A DNA stretch of 64,000 nucleotides from Camelus ferus (Eukaryota). Positions 49,885-64,000 of the stretch are shown here, piece after piece. The stretch's first letter is position 1, and each line of letters begins with the position of its first letter. The notes beneath the pieces were generated by a model. The model made no database searches. It worked only from the letters and a program-made list of their open reading frames with translations, and was not told where the DNA came from. The stretch spans positions 64,482,001 through 64,546,000 of the forward strand of contig NC_045697.1 of the NCBI RefSeq assembly GCF_009834535.1. Direction: 5' to 3'. The translations under genes were made by a program, and so were the position numbers.

Positions 49885-51157
49885 TTCTCTCTGGTCCTTT
49901 TGTGTCTCTGCTTTCTTGACTCTAGATTTTTTTTTCAATTATTTTCTTAACGAATCTATGGTTCCTAATTCTGAAAAGAGTTGTTTTTTGCTGGTCCTCA
50001 CGGAATTAAAAACCTAATTCAAGTTTATATTACTTGTCTGGGGGACTGGATTCCATTTTAGTAGAAGGTAATTGCTTCATTCAAAAAAATGATCCTGAGT
50101 TTAGTGAATATTATCTGTAGCAACGAGCTGGTAAGGAGCTTCAGTGTGTGGCCTTGAAAAGTCAAATGCCTGCCAACTTTGGTTCTCTTTAGGGTTGACT
50201 GTCTATTGAAAAAGAATAAAACCCAAATACATGAAAAGGCATTTTTCTTACCAAAAGAATGGAACAAATAAACTCTTGCTTTCATTTATCTGTAAATAAT
50301 TTCGAAGACACATACGATTCTTCAGCTATACTTCTTTAACAATAAGTGACTTAAATAATGAAGTTCAATGTTTGATCATTAAGTAAGTATCCCTAACAGG
50401 AGAAATATTGGATATGTAAACTAATAATTTCCACTTTTGTGAATTGCATCAGGATTCAACTTACTGGGGTATGTACAAATGAAATCTATGCTATCTCACC
50501 ATTAGTGCATTAATAAAGATTAGAAATTTACTTTTGTATTTTATGGTATTACTATTGTGCTGATAACATTCTCAGTCATAAATAATCTGTATTGTTTTAA
50601 CTCTTAAAGTTCAAGGTATTAGTGTCCAATAATAGGTAGAAGCTGATACTTGGGAATAATGAATAGATTCAACTGATACTTTTAATACCTAAAACTGCAA
50701 GTAAAAAGAGAATTTAGAAAGTTAACATTTTAGTATTTCTTTCTTTACCTGAAAGAAGAACTTGATTAGTATTTTTCTTTTTCTGTATACATTCATTCTT
50801 AATTAATATAGAACTTTACCTATTTGAATAAAGTAACCCTAAGCCTTCCCTTGAATAACTTTAGTACAAGAAAAAGTAGTTCTATGCTATGAGAAAATAA
50901 TTGCTGTGATCCTGCTATCTGAAGATCACAAGAGTATTGCTATGTCATCATGAAAATTCAACTTCAAATTTTATTTCAAATTGCAAGGTTTTATTAGTTT
51001 TAAAATTGCTCCAAAATATTTAAATAGCATCATTACTTTCTTTTTTAAAAAGAGAAAAGTAAAAATTCTAAAGCCTAATTAAAACTGAGCTAGGAACAAA
51101 GAAGGCTCTTAGGTAAAAGAGAAAAGGGTATAAGGAAAAACAGGATTTTACAGCAAT

Positions 51158-51193
51158 TGTGTGTGTGTGTGAGAGAGAGAAAGAGAGAGAGAT
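51158..51193. repeat. (TG)n(GA)n compound microsatellite
   Basis: Directly visible. Confidence 0.9.
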
Positions 51194-54100
51194 AGGTAGA
51201 AAAGGACAGAGACTTTTTGAGCATCACACATTAGGGATTATTTTATCCCTTCCTTTCCTTGAAACAGCATAGAAGAGGCATAACAGAACTTCCTACTTCT
51301 GACATAACAATATTTTATTCCCAAATATTCCAAGTAAGAAAGTTAGGCACTGAATATCATAGATTACAAAAATAATTAATAATGCTATCCTAGATACTAT
51401 GTGGAATCCCAATGATCTCTTTATACAGAAAAGAAGATAAAGACAAATGGAAACTGTCCAGATTGTATCTGAAATTTCTTCACAAAGGTATAATGTCCCC
51501 TTTTCCAAAGACTTTCTTTACCCTATAGATTACAGGTATGAAATAGAAATCTCAGACTTTCAGTGACTGATGGTTCTGTTAGACAATTAGATAGAAATGA
51601 GCACTGGCCACAGGGAGAGGAAAGAAGAGGGAGTAATCCAGATGATAACAGTATGCCTGCACTCAGGATAAGGAGCTTCAAAGAGTTTTACTTTCTCTAA
51701 ATGAGTGCCAACAAAGAAGCTGGTTAGAATTGGACGTTGGGACTGCACAGTAGAGAGAAGGACTCAACATAACCCAATGCTCAGTATAATATCATTAGAA
51801 TTGAGGTTTGGGCCCCCTTCCATGGGCTTTTCTGTGTGCATTATGGGTAAGAGCATGTGCAAAGGAAACGGACATACCTAAGCACTTAAGGGACAGAAGC
51901 TGTCAATCAATCACAAGAATGCTCCTAAGCCAGGATATAAGACAGGAGAAACAATGCAGCAGTGCCATTTTCCTCTCTTGGGTTGGGCTGCCGTCAATTC
52001 TCAAAGGTGTACTTTACTAACTTTTGCTCTACTAATAAAAGCCCGTGTTTACATAATGCTTTCAGTTTCCTTGGGTAAGACAAGAACTAGGGTCTTTTCC
52101 CCTCCTCATGGTAACAATTCTACAAATACAATTGGTGGGAAACCTCTCTCCCTTCTTGGAAAAGCAGAGGCTTCAATTTATTTTTATTATAAAGTTGAAA
52201 TCTTAGTCTCTATTTTACAACAAAGATTTAAGTCTTGAGATTGACCAAAAAAAAAGAGAAATAATTAAATATCATCTTTATTAATCATTTCTTAAGAGAA
52301 AATTTTTCTAAAATTTAGATGAATTTGTCTCCCTGAAACAGGTTTTTTGAAAAGATTTGTAGCATACTTCTATACCTAGATTTTAAAGACATTTTGTTTG
52401 TCCAGGTAGATAATAGCATTTTTATGTCTTTAGATGTTTATTATTCTGCTTTTTGATTTCTGATAATACACTATACAGCCAACAACTTAATTATTCATCA
52501 TCTTAATAACTTTTTATCTTTTTACTTTTGAAAATGATTTTATTAATCAATTGCCATTCTGTACATATTTATTTATTAAGTTTATTAAATAGTATTGATG
52601 ATTTTACCCTTATATTCTGAGAAACACCTAGACAGCAGTCTTGATTCAACTGGAGGAGATAAAAGAAAAATGTTATGTCCCATAATAGGGAGTCTGTTCA
52701 TTGAATGCCAGAATTTACCTTGATTATCCATCTCAATTGTGGACTCCACTTCTTTGATCTATAGCAACTGGTAAGAAATTTGGTAAGAACTGCCTGGAAT
52801 TCTTCCTGTAGGTTTTGGTAGCTATTATTCATTCATTGGCCTGAAAGACCAGAAGAAAGTGTTATAACATAAATAGTCATATCTCTAAATATTTAAGAAA
52901 TATTCCTTCCTTGTTGAGTAAATACCTCAATTCTAAGCCATCTAAGTCAAAATGAAAAAGATTCAAATTTTATTAAAGAAAAATTTTATGAGCAAGGCAG
53001 ACAGAAAGTCCAAAATTGGAATATCATTTAAGAGATCATTTTTCAATCTGAATGATATGTTTTAACCTATATCTAAAAGTACATTCGTTTATTCCACATA
53101 AATCAGTACAAGTTGTTAGAATATCCTATTTTATAAAACTATAAAATTCCTCTGTGGGATTTGAGGATGTTTGTTTGGAAATTTAATCATTATAATAGGG
53201 AAAAAATTGCTCCTTTACCATAGTTACTAAAGAAACAATATCTTCCTTATTAAATTTATTTTTTAAATCATTACAAATAATTTATCATGTTAGTTATTTC
53301 CTTCTCATATAATCAGAACTAATGATTTTTTCTTAATTTATGATAGAAATACTGTGCAAAAAGGAAAATGTCAACTATAATGATGCTGTTTGTCATGGTA
53401 AAAATATGGATCCAAATTTGAAGAAGAAGAAATTATGTTTAATGCATCAAAGCATGATCTTTCATGCAGGTTATAACATTTTTATTCATTGGATGTTTTA
53501 ATGGTAAGGGGTTTTTCATTTGAAGCATGAAAAGAACTTAAGCTTGCACAACTATGAAGAAATGAATTCATGGTCATAATTGAAAATATATGTTCATTTG
53601 GTGATGATAAACATGTAATAAGACATTGCCAAGTTGCCTTTTCAGAAATTCGGTAAATTCTCTATGTGGTAATTGTGAGTAGGGCAGAATGTGCTTCTTT
53701 AACTCAATACTTACTTCCACAGGCCAGAAATCATTGGCAAAAAGTTCATTATTTCAAAAGGTGTGTGGAGAGTTGATGACTCGGATTGTAATAAAACAGG
53801 AAGATGGCTAACATTAACTTTTTTTTTCCTGATGATTCTTGGGATTGATGCTCAATTAAAGTAGAAAAAGAAATGTAAATGATTCATTCATTGAGAGCAC
53901 ATTAATATATTCAGTAAAATTGTAACAATTTTTAAACTTCTTTAATTAATGAAAATATTTCTCAAGTTGTTTGATTAAATGTTTCATTTCTTTTGCTGTG
54001 GTTTTATGTTGTGGAAAGTAGGGAGGGTAGTAATTTTTTCTAGAAAATTCAAATGTTTTCCAGAAAATTCAATAGCCTCTGTTGAATTGCCCTTCCTAGT

Positions 54101-54421
54101 CAGTTAAAATTTTGATCACATTAAGTTAATAAGGAAGATATATCAATCAAGATTAATGAAAGAAAAATCAATCATTCAAACTTCATTAGAAGCAGTGTTT
54201 GTTGATCTTATTGGAATGTCCCGTTGGTTGTTGAATGACCTTGGCATTCTATTCATCCTCAAGCTTTTGAAATATTACAGTGATGAATAAGGTATCAGTT
54301 TTCATGCACTAAACATTATTTTTAAAGTCAGGTTTCTTAAGGCATAATTTATATGTAAATAAGCCAACTTTTCTAGCTGTCCTGTTTGATGAGTTTTTAC
54401 AAATACCCTATGATCACCCCC

Positions 54422-55232
54422 TGTGATATTGTGATTTATAATAAAAAACATATATATTTGGTCTTTTGTGTTACTGAGCCATTCTAGCACAGAGCTCCTA
54501 AAATCTCTGGAATTTCCTGAGTTAAGAGCAATAAAGTTGTCTTTTATTATGTTAATGGTTGATTTTTGGAAAGCCCTTCAGTTACTTAAGAGGGCTGGTT
54601 GCCAGGGGAACCAACCAGGTGATTAGAGGGTTGGAACTTTCAGCAATCATCCCATCAGCCTCCAGGGAGGGGAGAGGGACTCGGGGTTGAATTAGTGGCT
54701 TAAGGTCAATTATTTAATCTATTATGACTCAGTTCAGAAGCCTCCATAAAAATCCAAAGGACACAGCGAAGAGCATCCAGGTTGATGAACTCATGGAGAT
54801 TTGGGGAGAGGGCATGAAAGCTCCACATTCTTTCCCTGTATCTTGCCCTGTGCATCTTTTCCATCTGGCTTTTCCTGAGTTACATCTTTTTACAGTAAAC
54901 TGGTGAGCTAAAAAGTAAACGGTTCCTCTGAGTTCTGTGAGCTGCTCTAGCAAATTATTCAAACCCAAGAAGGGCATCTTGGGAACCTCTGTTTTATTAC
55001 CAGTTGATCAGAAGTACAGGTAACAACCTGGGCTTGCAACTGGTATCTAAAGAGTGTGTGTGTATGTTGGGGAGGCAGTCTTGAGGACTGAACCCTTAAC
55101 CTGTGGAATCTGATGTTTTCTCCAGATAGATAGTGTCAGAATTGAATTGAATTGCAGGACACACAGCTGGAGTCCCGAGAATTGCTAGTTGGTGTGGGGA
55201 ACCCCTCTCCCACACTGGAATTTGTGCCAGAA
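54422..55232 (+). mobile_element. MER21-family ERVL solo LTR
   Basis: tgtgatattgtgatttataataa...gggctggttgccaggggaaccaaccaggtgattagagggttggaactttcagc...ctgagttctgtgagctgctctagcaaatt...gatagtgtcagaattgaattgaatt. Confidence 0.9.
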
Positions 55233-55915
55233 TACTTAAACCTCATTGAGAAAGAATATTTCTAACATCCTCAAAAGATCCTGTATACTCCTTTGTAGAT
55301 AGTTTTATCTTTTCCCAAATGTCAATAGATCACTCAGTATATAGCCTTCTGTCTCTAGCTTCTTTCCCTTTGCATATGCTTTTGAGATTTTTTTTATACT
55401 GTTGCATGTTCTAGGAGTTTGTTTCTTTTTACTGATGAATAGCATTATATTGTATGAATGTACAACAGTTTGTTTAGCTATCCACTATTATTCTGATATT
55501 TGGCTTGTTTCTAGTTTTGATCAATTACATATAAATTAGCTTTAAATATTCATATCCAAGTCTAATCTTGGACGTGTGCTTTTATTTCTCTTAGGTAACT
55601 TACATAATGAGATTGCTATGTCTAATGGAAATTGTATGTTTAACTTTATAAGAAACTGCTAAACTGCTTGCAAATTAGCTGCATCACTCTGCCTTTCTAC
55701 CACCAATATATGGAATTTCTATCTGCACCACATCCTCACTAGCATTTTCTATGGCCCCTGTTTTTTAAAATTTGAGCCTTTCTGACAGGTTTGTAGAAAT
55801 AGTTAATTGTTGTTTTAACTTGCATTGCCCTAATGAATAATGACATTGAACATATTTCCACAATTATTTGCCATTCATCTTTCTTATAAAGATTCTCTAA
55901 ATATTTTGTCAATTG

Positions 55916-58207
55916 TTTTATTAATAGACTTTATTTTTAGAGCACTTTTAGGATCATAGCAATTCCTGTATACTCCCTAACCACACATGCACAGCCTCCC
56001 CTACTATCAACATTGATACCACAATGATGTATTTGTTACAATACATGAAACTGCATATCATTATCATCCAAAGTACATAGCTTACATGAGGGTTCACTCT
56101 TAGTGTTGTACGTTTTATGGGATTTACAATATATAATGACCTGTGTTATCCACTGTAGTATCCTACAGAGTAGATTCACTGCCCTAGAAATCATCTGGGT
56201 GCTCCTATTCATCCCTCCATCCCACCTACCCGCTGGCAATCACTATTATTTTTACTGCCTCCATAATTTTCCCCCTTTCAGAATGCCATATAGTTGGGAT
56301 CATACAGTATGTAGTCTTTTCAGATTGGCTTGTTTCAGTTAGTAATATTCATTTAAGTCTCCTTTATGTCTTTCATGGCTTGATATTTCATTTATTTTTA
56401 GCACTGAATAACATTCCAATGTCTGTATGCACCACAGTTTATTTATTTGTCACCTACTGAAGGACACCTTGGTTGCTTCTAAGTTTTGACACTTATGAGT
56501 AAATCTTCTTTAAATGTCTATGTGCAGGTTTCTGTGTAGACAAAAGTTACAACTCATGCAAGGAATGAGATTGCTGGAGCCTTTGGTAACAATGTGTTTA
56601 GCTTTTTTTTTTAAGAAACCACCAAACTGTCTTCCAAAGTGGCTGTGCTATTTTGCATTCCCACCAACAATGAATGAGTCTTCTTCTTGCTCCAACATAA
56701 TCACCAGCATTTGGCATTGTCAATGTCTCAGATTTTTACCATTCTAATAGGTGTGTTGTGGTATCTTATTGTTTTAATTTCATTTCCCTGATGACATACG
56801 ATGAGGGACATCTTTTCACATGCTTATTTGCCAACTGTGTGTTGTCTTTGTTGAGGTGTCTGTTAAGGTCTTTGGTCCATTTTTTAAATTGTGTGGTTTG
56901 CTTTTTATTATTGGGTTGTAAGTGTATATTGTTTTTAGATAAAAATCCATTATAAAATGTAACTTTTGCAAATAGTTTCTCCTACTCTGTAACTTATCTT
57001 ATAATATCTTGAAGTTTTGTTTCATAGAGCATAAGCCTTTAATTTTAATAAAGTCTAACTCATCTGTGATTTCTTCTATGGACCTTGCCTTAGGTCCTGC
57101 ATCTAAAAAGGCATCACCATAAAGAAGGTCATCTAGACTTTTCTCCAATGTTATCTTCGAAGAGTTTTATAGTTTCACGTTTTATATTTAGGTCCATGAA
57201 CCATGTTGATTTAATTTTTTTTGCATGCAGACATCCAGTTGTTTCAGAAATGTTTATTGAAGAGACTGTCTTTGCTCCATTTTATTGCCTTTGCTCCTTT
57301 GTCAAAAACTAATTGGCTATACTTATGGAGGTCTATTTCTGGGCTCTTTATTCCATTACATTATTAGATTTGTCTATTCTTTCACCAATACCACATGGTT
57401 TTGATTTATTGTAAACTTAAGTATTACAGTTGAGTAATTTCAGTACTCCACATTTGTTCTTCTCTTTCAATGTTATTTTGGCCATTCTGGTATATTTAGT
57501 TTCCATATAAAATTTAGAATTACTTTGTCAATATTTTCAAAATAACTTACTGGGGTTTTGATTGGGATTGCATTGAATCTGTAGATCAAGTTGAGAAGAA
57601 CTGACATCTTGATGGTATTGAGTCTTCCTATCCATGAATGTGGATTTCTCTCCATATTAGTTCTCTTTGATCTCTTCCGAGTTTTGTAGTTGTCTTCATA
57701 AAGATCTTGTACATTTTTAAAAATTTATAACTAATGCATCATTTTTTGAAGTTCTGATATAAATGTTATTGTGTTTGATTTTCAAATTCTACTTGTTTAT
57801 TGCTAGTATAAGAAAGTGATTGACTTTTGTATATTAACCTTTAACTTGCAAACTTGCTGTAAAATTGCTTATTAATTCCAGGTTGTTTTCTCATGATTCC
57901 TTTGGGTTTCCTACATAGACAATCATGTTACCTGAAAACAAAGTTTTATTTATTTCTTCCCAATCTATATTTTTATTTCCTTTTCTTGTATTATTGAATT
58001 AGCTAGAACTTCCAGTATGATTTCAAAAAGGAGTGGTAAGAGGGGATATCCTTGTTTTGTTCCTTATCTTAGCAGCTTTTAGTTTCTGACCATTAAGCAG
58101 GATGTCAACTCTAGGGTTTTTATAGATATTCTCTATAAAGTTGAGGAAATTCCCCATTATACCTAATTTGCTAAGAGTTCTTATCATTAATAGGATTAGA
58201 TTTCATC
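55916..58207 (-). mobile_element. 5'-truncated L1MC1/2-like element nested in older L1
   Basis: L1MC 3'UTR (tagactttatttttagagc; agggttcactcttagtgttgtac); ORF 57473-57655(-) WIGRLNTIKMSVLLNLIYRFNAIPIK is ORF2; TSD atattttgtcaatt (55901-55914) / atattttgtacatt (58208-58221). Confidence 0.88.
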
Positions 58208-61200
58208 ATATTTTGTACATTTAAAAATTGAATTATTAGTCTTTAATTAGAAGAGATATTTGTATATTCAGGACACAAGGTTTTTATTTTTTTTAATCAC
58301 ATTGTTTTGGTAAATACTTTCTCCCAGACGTGATTTGTCTTTTAATTTTTCTTTTAATATTAACAGCATCTTTAAAGGAGTACAAATTTTAATTTTACTG
58401 CAGTATTTTTGTTTGTTTGTTTCAAAGTTTGTGCACTTTGTGTCCAAAGAAATCTTTGCTTAACCCAAGCTCACAAATATTTTCCCCAAAGATTTCTTCT
58501 AGAAATTTTGTATATTTAGATTTATATTTAGTTGCATAAACTCTTTTGCAAAAAATATTTTTACATGATGCAAGATAAAAGTTGAGTTCATTTTTTTGAA
58601 TATGGATATCCAAATTTTCCAGCATTATTTATTGAAAAATTATATTTTCTCCAATGAGTTATCTTAGTACCTTTTCAAATCAATTGAAAATTTATGCATA
58701 GGTTCAATCCTAGATTCTAATATGTTTCATTGACTTCTGTATCTATACTTATTTCAGTAACACATCATCCTTGTGACTGCAGCTTCATAGAAAGTCTTGT
58801 AATTTTGCCAAGTGAGCGTTTTCAAACTTATTCTTGTTTTCCAAAGTTTTCTGTTGTTGTTTTGTTTCTTGCATAAACTTTAGTATCAGCTTTACTATTG
58901 TTTGGAATAACAGTATTTTATAAATCAACTTGGAATGAACTGAGATCTTAAGAATACTGAATTCTTTGATCCATAAACACAATATATATATTGCTATATA
59001 TTTGCATCATCTTTAATTTCTGTCATCAAAGTTTTGTACTTTTCATAGTAAAAGTCTTGCACATATTTTGTTAGATTTATACATAATTCATGTTTTTAAT
59101 GTTGTTGTAAATTATATATTTGATTCTGAAATTGCTGTTTTATAAAATTACAATCAATTTTTGTATATTGACTTTATATCCTACATCCTTACTGATAGCT
59201 TTAATAGCCATTTTGTAGATGTTTGGTGGTTTTGTACAGGGATAATCATGTTTTCCATGAATAAATAAGTTTTATATCTTCCTTTGCAACCAATATGTAT
59301 TTTTTCTTGCCTTATTGCACAATTTAAGTCCTCTAAAACACTGTTGAGTATAAATGAGAAGAGTAGATATGCTTGCGCCTTTGCAATGTTTGAGGGAAAG
59401 CATTAAGTCTTTAACCACTAAGTGTGATGTTAGATGTAGGATTTTTCACAGATGACTTTGATAAGGGTGAAGAAGGTCTACTCTATTCATGCTTGGTTAA
59501 AGTTTTTCTTAAAAAGTGGATGTTGATTTATTTCAAATTATAATATATAATGCTATTATCATGTGATATCTTTTTTTTGTCTACCGATATGATGCATTTC
59601 ATTGGTTGATATTGACTGATGAACCACTTCACATTCTTTGGATAAACTCTACTTGGTTATGATGAATAATCTTTTTGTGTATATTCTTGGGTTTGCTTTG
59701 CTACTATTTTGGTAAATATTTTTGTGTGTACTTTCATAGGGGATATTGATCTGTAGTTCTTTTCTTCCTTGTATTGTTTTTGCTTGTTTGGATATTGGGG
59801 TAATGCTGACCTCATAAAATGAATGGGTAAATGTTCTTTACTATTCTGTGTCCTTGTGAAGAGTTCACCTTATTTCCTAAATCTTTGGTACAATTCATCA
59901 TCTGCTCCTGGGAGTTTTCTTTGTGAGAAAGTTGGATTATGAATTTAACTTCTGTAACAGATATGAGCTATGCACGTTACCTAATTCTTGAATGAGCTTT
60001 GGGAGTTTGTTTCTCTTAAGAAATTTGTTCATTGCTTGTATTTTCAAATAAAATTTATTGATATAAGGTTTAAAAGATAATATTCCCTCTGTTTTCTTTT
60101 AAATGCTTATTGGATTTTAATAGTTCCCCTCTTAGATTTTTAAAATTTGTAATGAAACATTTATATTTTCTTCTTTATCAGCATGGCTAGATGACTATCA
60201 TTTTTTTTTAATCTTCTTCAAATAATCAGCTTTTAGTTTCATTGGTTTTCTCTTTTATTTTTTCCTGTTTTTTATTGATTTTTTTCATGGTATTTATTAT
60301 TCCCTTACTTCTTCTTCCCACAAATTTTGATATTTTGTGTCTTCACTTTTATTCAATTCAAATATTTTTAAAATTATCTGTGTATTCCTTTTTGATTTGT
60401 GGGTTGTTGAGAAATATTTTGTTTAATTTCCAAATATATTTCATTTTCCAAATGTCATTCTTCATTGATTTGTAACATAATTTGCATGATTTTAATACTT
60501 TTAAATACATTGAAGTTTCCTTTATGGCCCAGAAAAATGTTCTATCTTAGTATATCTTCCCTGGGCACCTGAAAAGAATGTATATTTTGCAGTTATTGAG
60601 TGGAATATTATATAAATGCCAGTTAAGTTAATTGGTTGATAGTGATGTTCTATATCACTGATTTCTGTCTACTGCTTCTATTGATTATGGACGGGCTGTG
60701 CTGATTTCTACAACTAAAATTGTGGATTTCTGTGCTTTTGTTTTATTAATACTTAATGTATTTTGAAGTACTGTTGTGTCAGATTCATACACATTTGAGT
60801 TTGCTGTGTCTTCTCAAAGACTCAATACTTATTATCATGTAATGTTATTTATGACTGATTTATACTTCTTATTCTGAAGTCTACATTTTCTGCTATTAAT
60901 ATAATCACTTCAGATTTCTTTTTATTAATGTTTCCAGGACATAGCCTTTTAAATCCTTTTATTTTAATCCTTTTATCTGTAGTGATATATTGAAAGTGGG
61001 TTTCTTATAAAAAGCATAGAGTTAAGTTTTGATTTTTCAATCCATTTTGACAATTTCAACTGCTCTATTTTATCATTTACCTGTAAGTTATTCATTATCT
61101 CCATTTCTGGCTTAGTAGCTGTGGCTATTTTAAAATTGCTTTATTGATTGCTTTTTATTTTACAATATGAGATTTAACTTATCACAACATATCTTGAAAA

Positions 61201-64000
61201 AATATTGCACACTATAATTTAATTTTCTTCTTCCTACCTTTTGTGCTATTTTATACAATTTGCATCCACATTGGTTATAAATCTCATAACACCTTGCAGT
61301 TATTTTTACTTTAAAAAGTAAATTGTCTTATAAGGAATTACAGGAGGGAAAAGAATGTATCTTTTACATTTCATCTCTATTTTACTACTCTGGTTCTTTT
61401 TCTTTCTATAAATCCCAATTTCTATCTGTATCATCTTTGTTCTTATGATTTCTAAAAGTTATTGTAATGGAGGTCTTGAAATTATTAGCTTTGTTTGTCT
61501 GAAAAGTCTTTATTTTATCTTCATTTCTGAAAGATATTTTTGCTGGGTTTAGTGTTCTAACTTATGAATTCATTTTCTTTCAGTACTTTACAGATGTCAC
61601 TCCATTGCCTTCTGGCTTGCATAGTTTTTATGGGAAGTACGCTGTAATTCTTATCTCTGTCCCTCAGTATGCAATGTTTTCCTTTTTTTTTTTTTTCCTG
61701 GTTGCTTTCAAGATTGACTCTTTACTTTTCTGTTTTTGCAGTTTAACTCTGATGTGTTTGTGTTTTTACTTCTTTAATATCTTGCTTGGAATTCTCTGAG
61801 ATTCTTCGATCTTTGGTTTATCGTACTTCATTATATTTGGAAATCTGTCATAATCTTTTCTAGTATTTCTTCTTCTCCTTTCTTTTTATTTTCCTCTATA
61901 GATCAAAGCACACACATTAGACCATTTGATAGTGTCCTGAAGCTCCAACATGGTCTGATCTGCTTTTTTAATTCATTTTTCTTTTTATATATTATTTTGG
62001 ATAATTTATATTTACCTATTTTTAAGTTTACAAATTTCTTCCTCAGATGTGTCAAAAGCATCATAGTAATTTTTTATCTTTGATAACATGTTTTGGAAGG
62101 GTGAGTGGATTTTATTTGACTTTTTTTTAATAGTTTCCATCTTTCTTTTGAAATTTCTCATGTTTCATGTATGTTCTTTACCTTTGCCTTTACCACTATA
62201 TCCTTTAATATATTAAAGGGTAGCTACTATAAAGGCTCTGACTGATAGTTCCAACATCTTGGTAATATCTCAATCTGCTTCCGTTGATTGCTTTATCTCT
62301 GAAAAATAGCCTTTTTTCTTACTATTTTATTTGTCATATAATTTTAGAATGAATATTGAACATTGTCAATTGAAGAACACCAGAGCCTGAGATTAAGAGT
62401 ATTTATAGCTGGAAATGAATACTACTCTTCTTCTGTTACAATGGTGGTAAATGATTCAATTGAGTTTGGGTTTTATTGTTGATAGTGTTAACAAGTTCCT
62501 TCAAGTTCCTTCAGTGGTGGGCTGCCTGAACCATGTACTTAGGGTGAGTCTCTTGATGCTATAGGGTTTTTTCAGTTTTTCTGCTTCATCTTCAGCTTTC
62601 AGAATCTATTGTATGACTGTGCCAAATAGTGGTTCTCTCTTCACATTTTTTTTCTCTACCAGTGATGGTCTTCTATTGCTTGTTCCTCAGTGCTAGGCTC
62701 ATGGTGGGGGCAGGGAGTGAGTTTTTCGTTCTTCTGGTGAAAGCTCAATTGTAGACAACATCTGTGTCCTTGAGGGTCAGGAAGGGGGCGTTGGTATTAT
62801 TCTTGTTTTGCTAATCTCAATGATTGAAGTATTCAGACTTGCATCCGTGGAGGTTCTTAAACAAGAGAGAGGATTTTGCTCCTCCTTGCTCCTAGCAATA
62901 ACACATCTCTGCTTTATAAAGGCACAAGATTATGACTCAAAAAGGTTTTGTTGTCTATCCCCCAGTGGCAGAAAATTTTGATTCTCTCACTCTCCCAGAA
63001 CCAGTGATCTTTTCTTGGTTTCGAATGTCAGAAAGCAGAGCTTACTAACCCTTCCACAGAAGCTGATGAGTTTTGCTTATACACAAACATTGGATCTTTG
63101 CCTGGTCCCTGGTTGCAAGACAGTTTGCTGTCCCTCAGCAGCTCAAAGCATTTTTCTTCCTAGTGAGAAGACCCCACGGAAGAGGGCCATATTTTGAAGT
63201 TGTTCCTCAAAATATGTGTGTAGCAGTTATGGGGTATTTCTGGTGTCTTGTCCTGCTCTCATTCTCTCCCATGAGCCTCTCCGTATATCCATAGAAAAGA
63301 GCTAATGAATGAGTGCCAACCTCCCTCGTGTCTGATGCTCTTATTCAAAATTTTTATGCTACCACAAATTCACCCTTTAGGAATTTATTTTAAAATTTGC
63401 TGATTTCTTATTAACTGCTGCTCAAATTTTTCCTCTGTGCTCTGCCAAAGTGAAGCAGTTTTGTGTCCTGTCTCACGTTAGAGGTGCTTTCCACTCTTTG
63501 GAACTTAGTATACTTTGTTGTCTCACCACTGCTCTATGATGGGTTCAAGGAAAATTATATTTTCATAGATCATTCAATACTTTCTTATCGTTAGGATCAG
63601 AGCAGTGCTCTTCTTTGGCTTTGTATATCCTAAGCAGAAATGGAAATCTATAAAACATTGTTAAAAGAAAGCATGTTTATTGTTGAGTGATATATTTTCC
63701 TTCATCATATAAGTTCAAAATAGACAGACGAAATTCCTGGTACAGCACAAAACAGAATCTCTCCTCAGATATGATATACCAGCCTACCAATCTGCAATCT
63801 GGCTAATATAACCATCCACATACAGAGGAGGAAAAAAGAAAACAAAAATATTTATATTTGGAAAATAGGAAATGGATTGCAGCAGTATAGCAAAGAATGT
63901 TCATTCTGTGCATAAAAAGGAGAATTGACAGTTACGTAAGTCTGAAATAGTCTGGGTTAAATACAGGTTAATAATTTGTTACCTAGAAACCTCTCCATGT

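Larger units (their letters stand above)
54318..63650 (-). mobile_element. Near-full-length but decayed old L1M (3' end ~54320, 5' end ~63650), interrupted by MER21 and L1MC
   Basis: Colinear antisense L1 motifs from 3'UTR through ORF2 (gtaatgctgacctcataaaatga), ORF1 (gtctgaaaagtctttatttt; cactccattgccttctggcttg) to 5' terminus (agcagaaatggaaatc). Confidence 0.8.

Noticed and set aside
49855..49885. ctgttgacaattaatc is identical to the -35 region of the bacterial trp/tac promoter
   Set aside because: No -10 box, operator or vector sequence follows. It is a local 15-bp tandem duplication in mammalian DNA, so the match is coincidental.
51428..51540. Plus-strand exon-like segment (tacag|AAAAGAAG...AAAG|gtataa; KEDKDKWKLSRLYLKFLHK)
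   Set aside because: Weak donor, no recognisable homology and no consistent partner exons.

Overview
AT-rich, CpG-depleted mammalian genomic DNA, most likely camelid. The evidence for camelid origin is three tRNA-Ala-derived Vic-1-type SINEs and artiodactyl-type L1 3' ends. Roughly 60-65% (estimated by eye) is decayed transposable elements: L1s of several ages (many nested), L2, CR1/L3, MIR, MaLR/ERVL LTRs (MLT1, LTR16, MER21) and DNA-transposon MITEs (MER20, MER33, MER5, MER44). I recognise no intact protein-coding gene, RNA gene, CpG island or prokaryote-type system. The only ORFs in the track with recognisable protein homology are L1 ORF1/ORF2 relics. The most informative structures are retrotransposition footprints: three 5'-inverted (twin-primed) L1s within about 13 kb, two L1 3' ends stacked at one target site, a ~40 bp ultra-truncated L1, and an L1 fragment repeated after a poly(A) tail. 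A few weak splice-signal candidates are also noted. I found no convincing evidence of a novel biological system. Family names come from recognising consensus motifs by eye, and boundaries are approximate unless a target-site duplication (TSD) is quoted.
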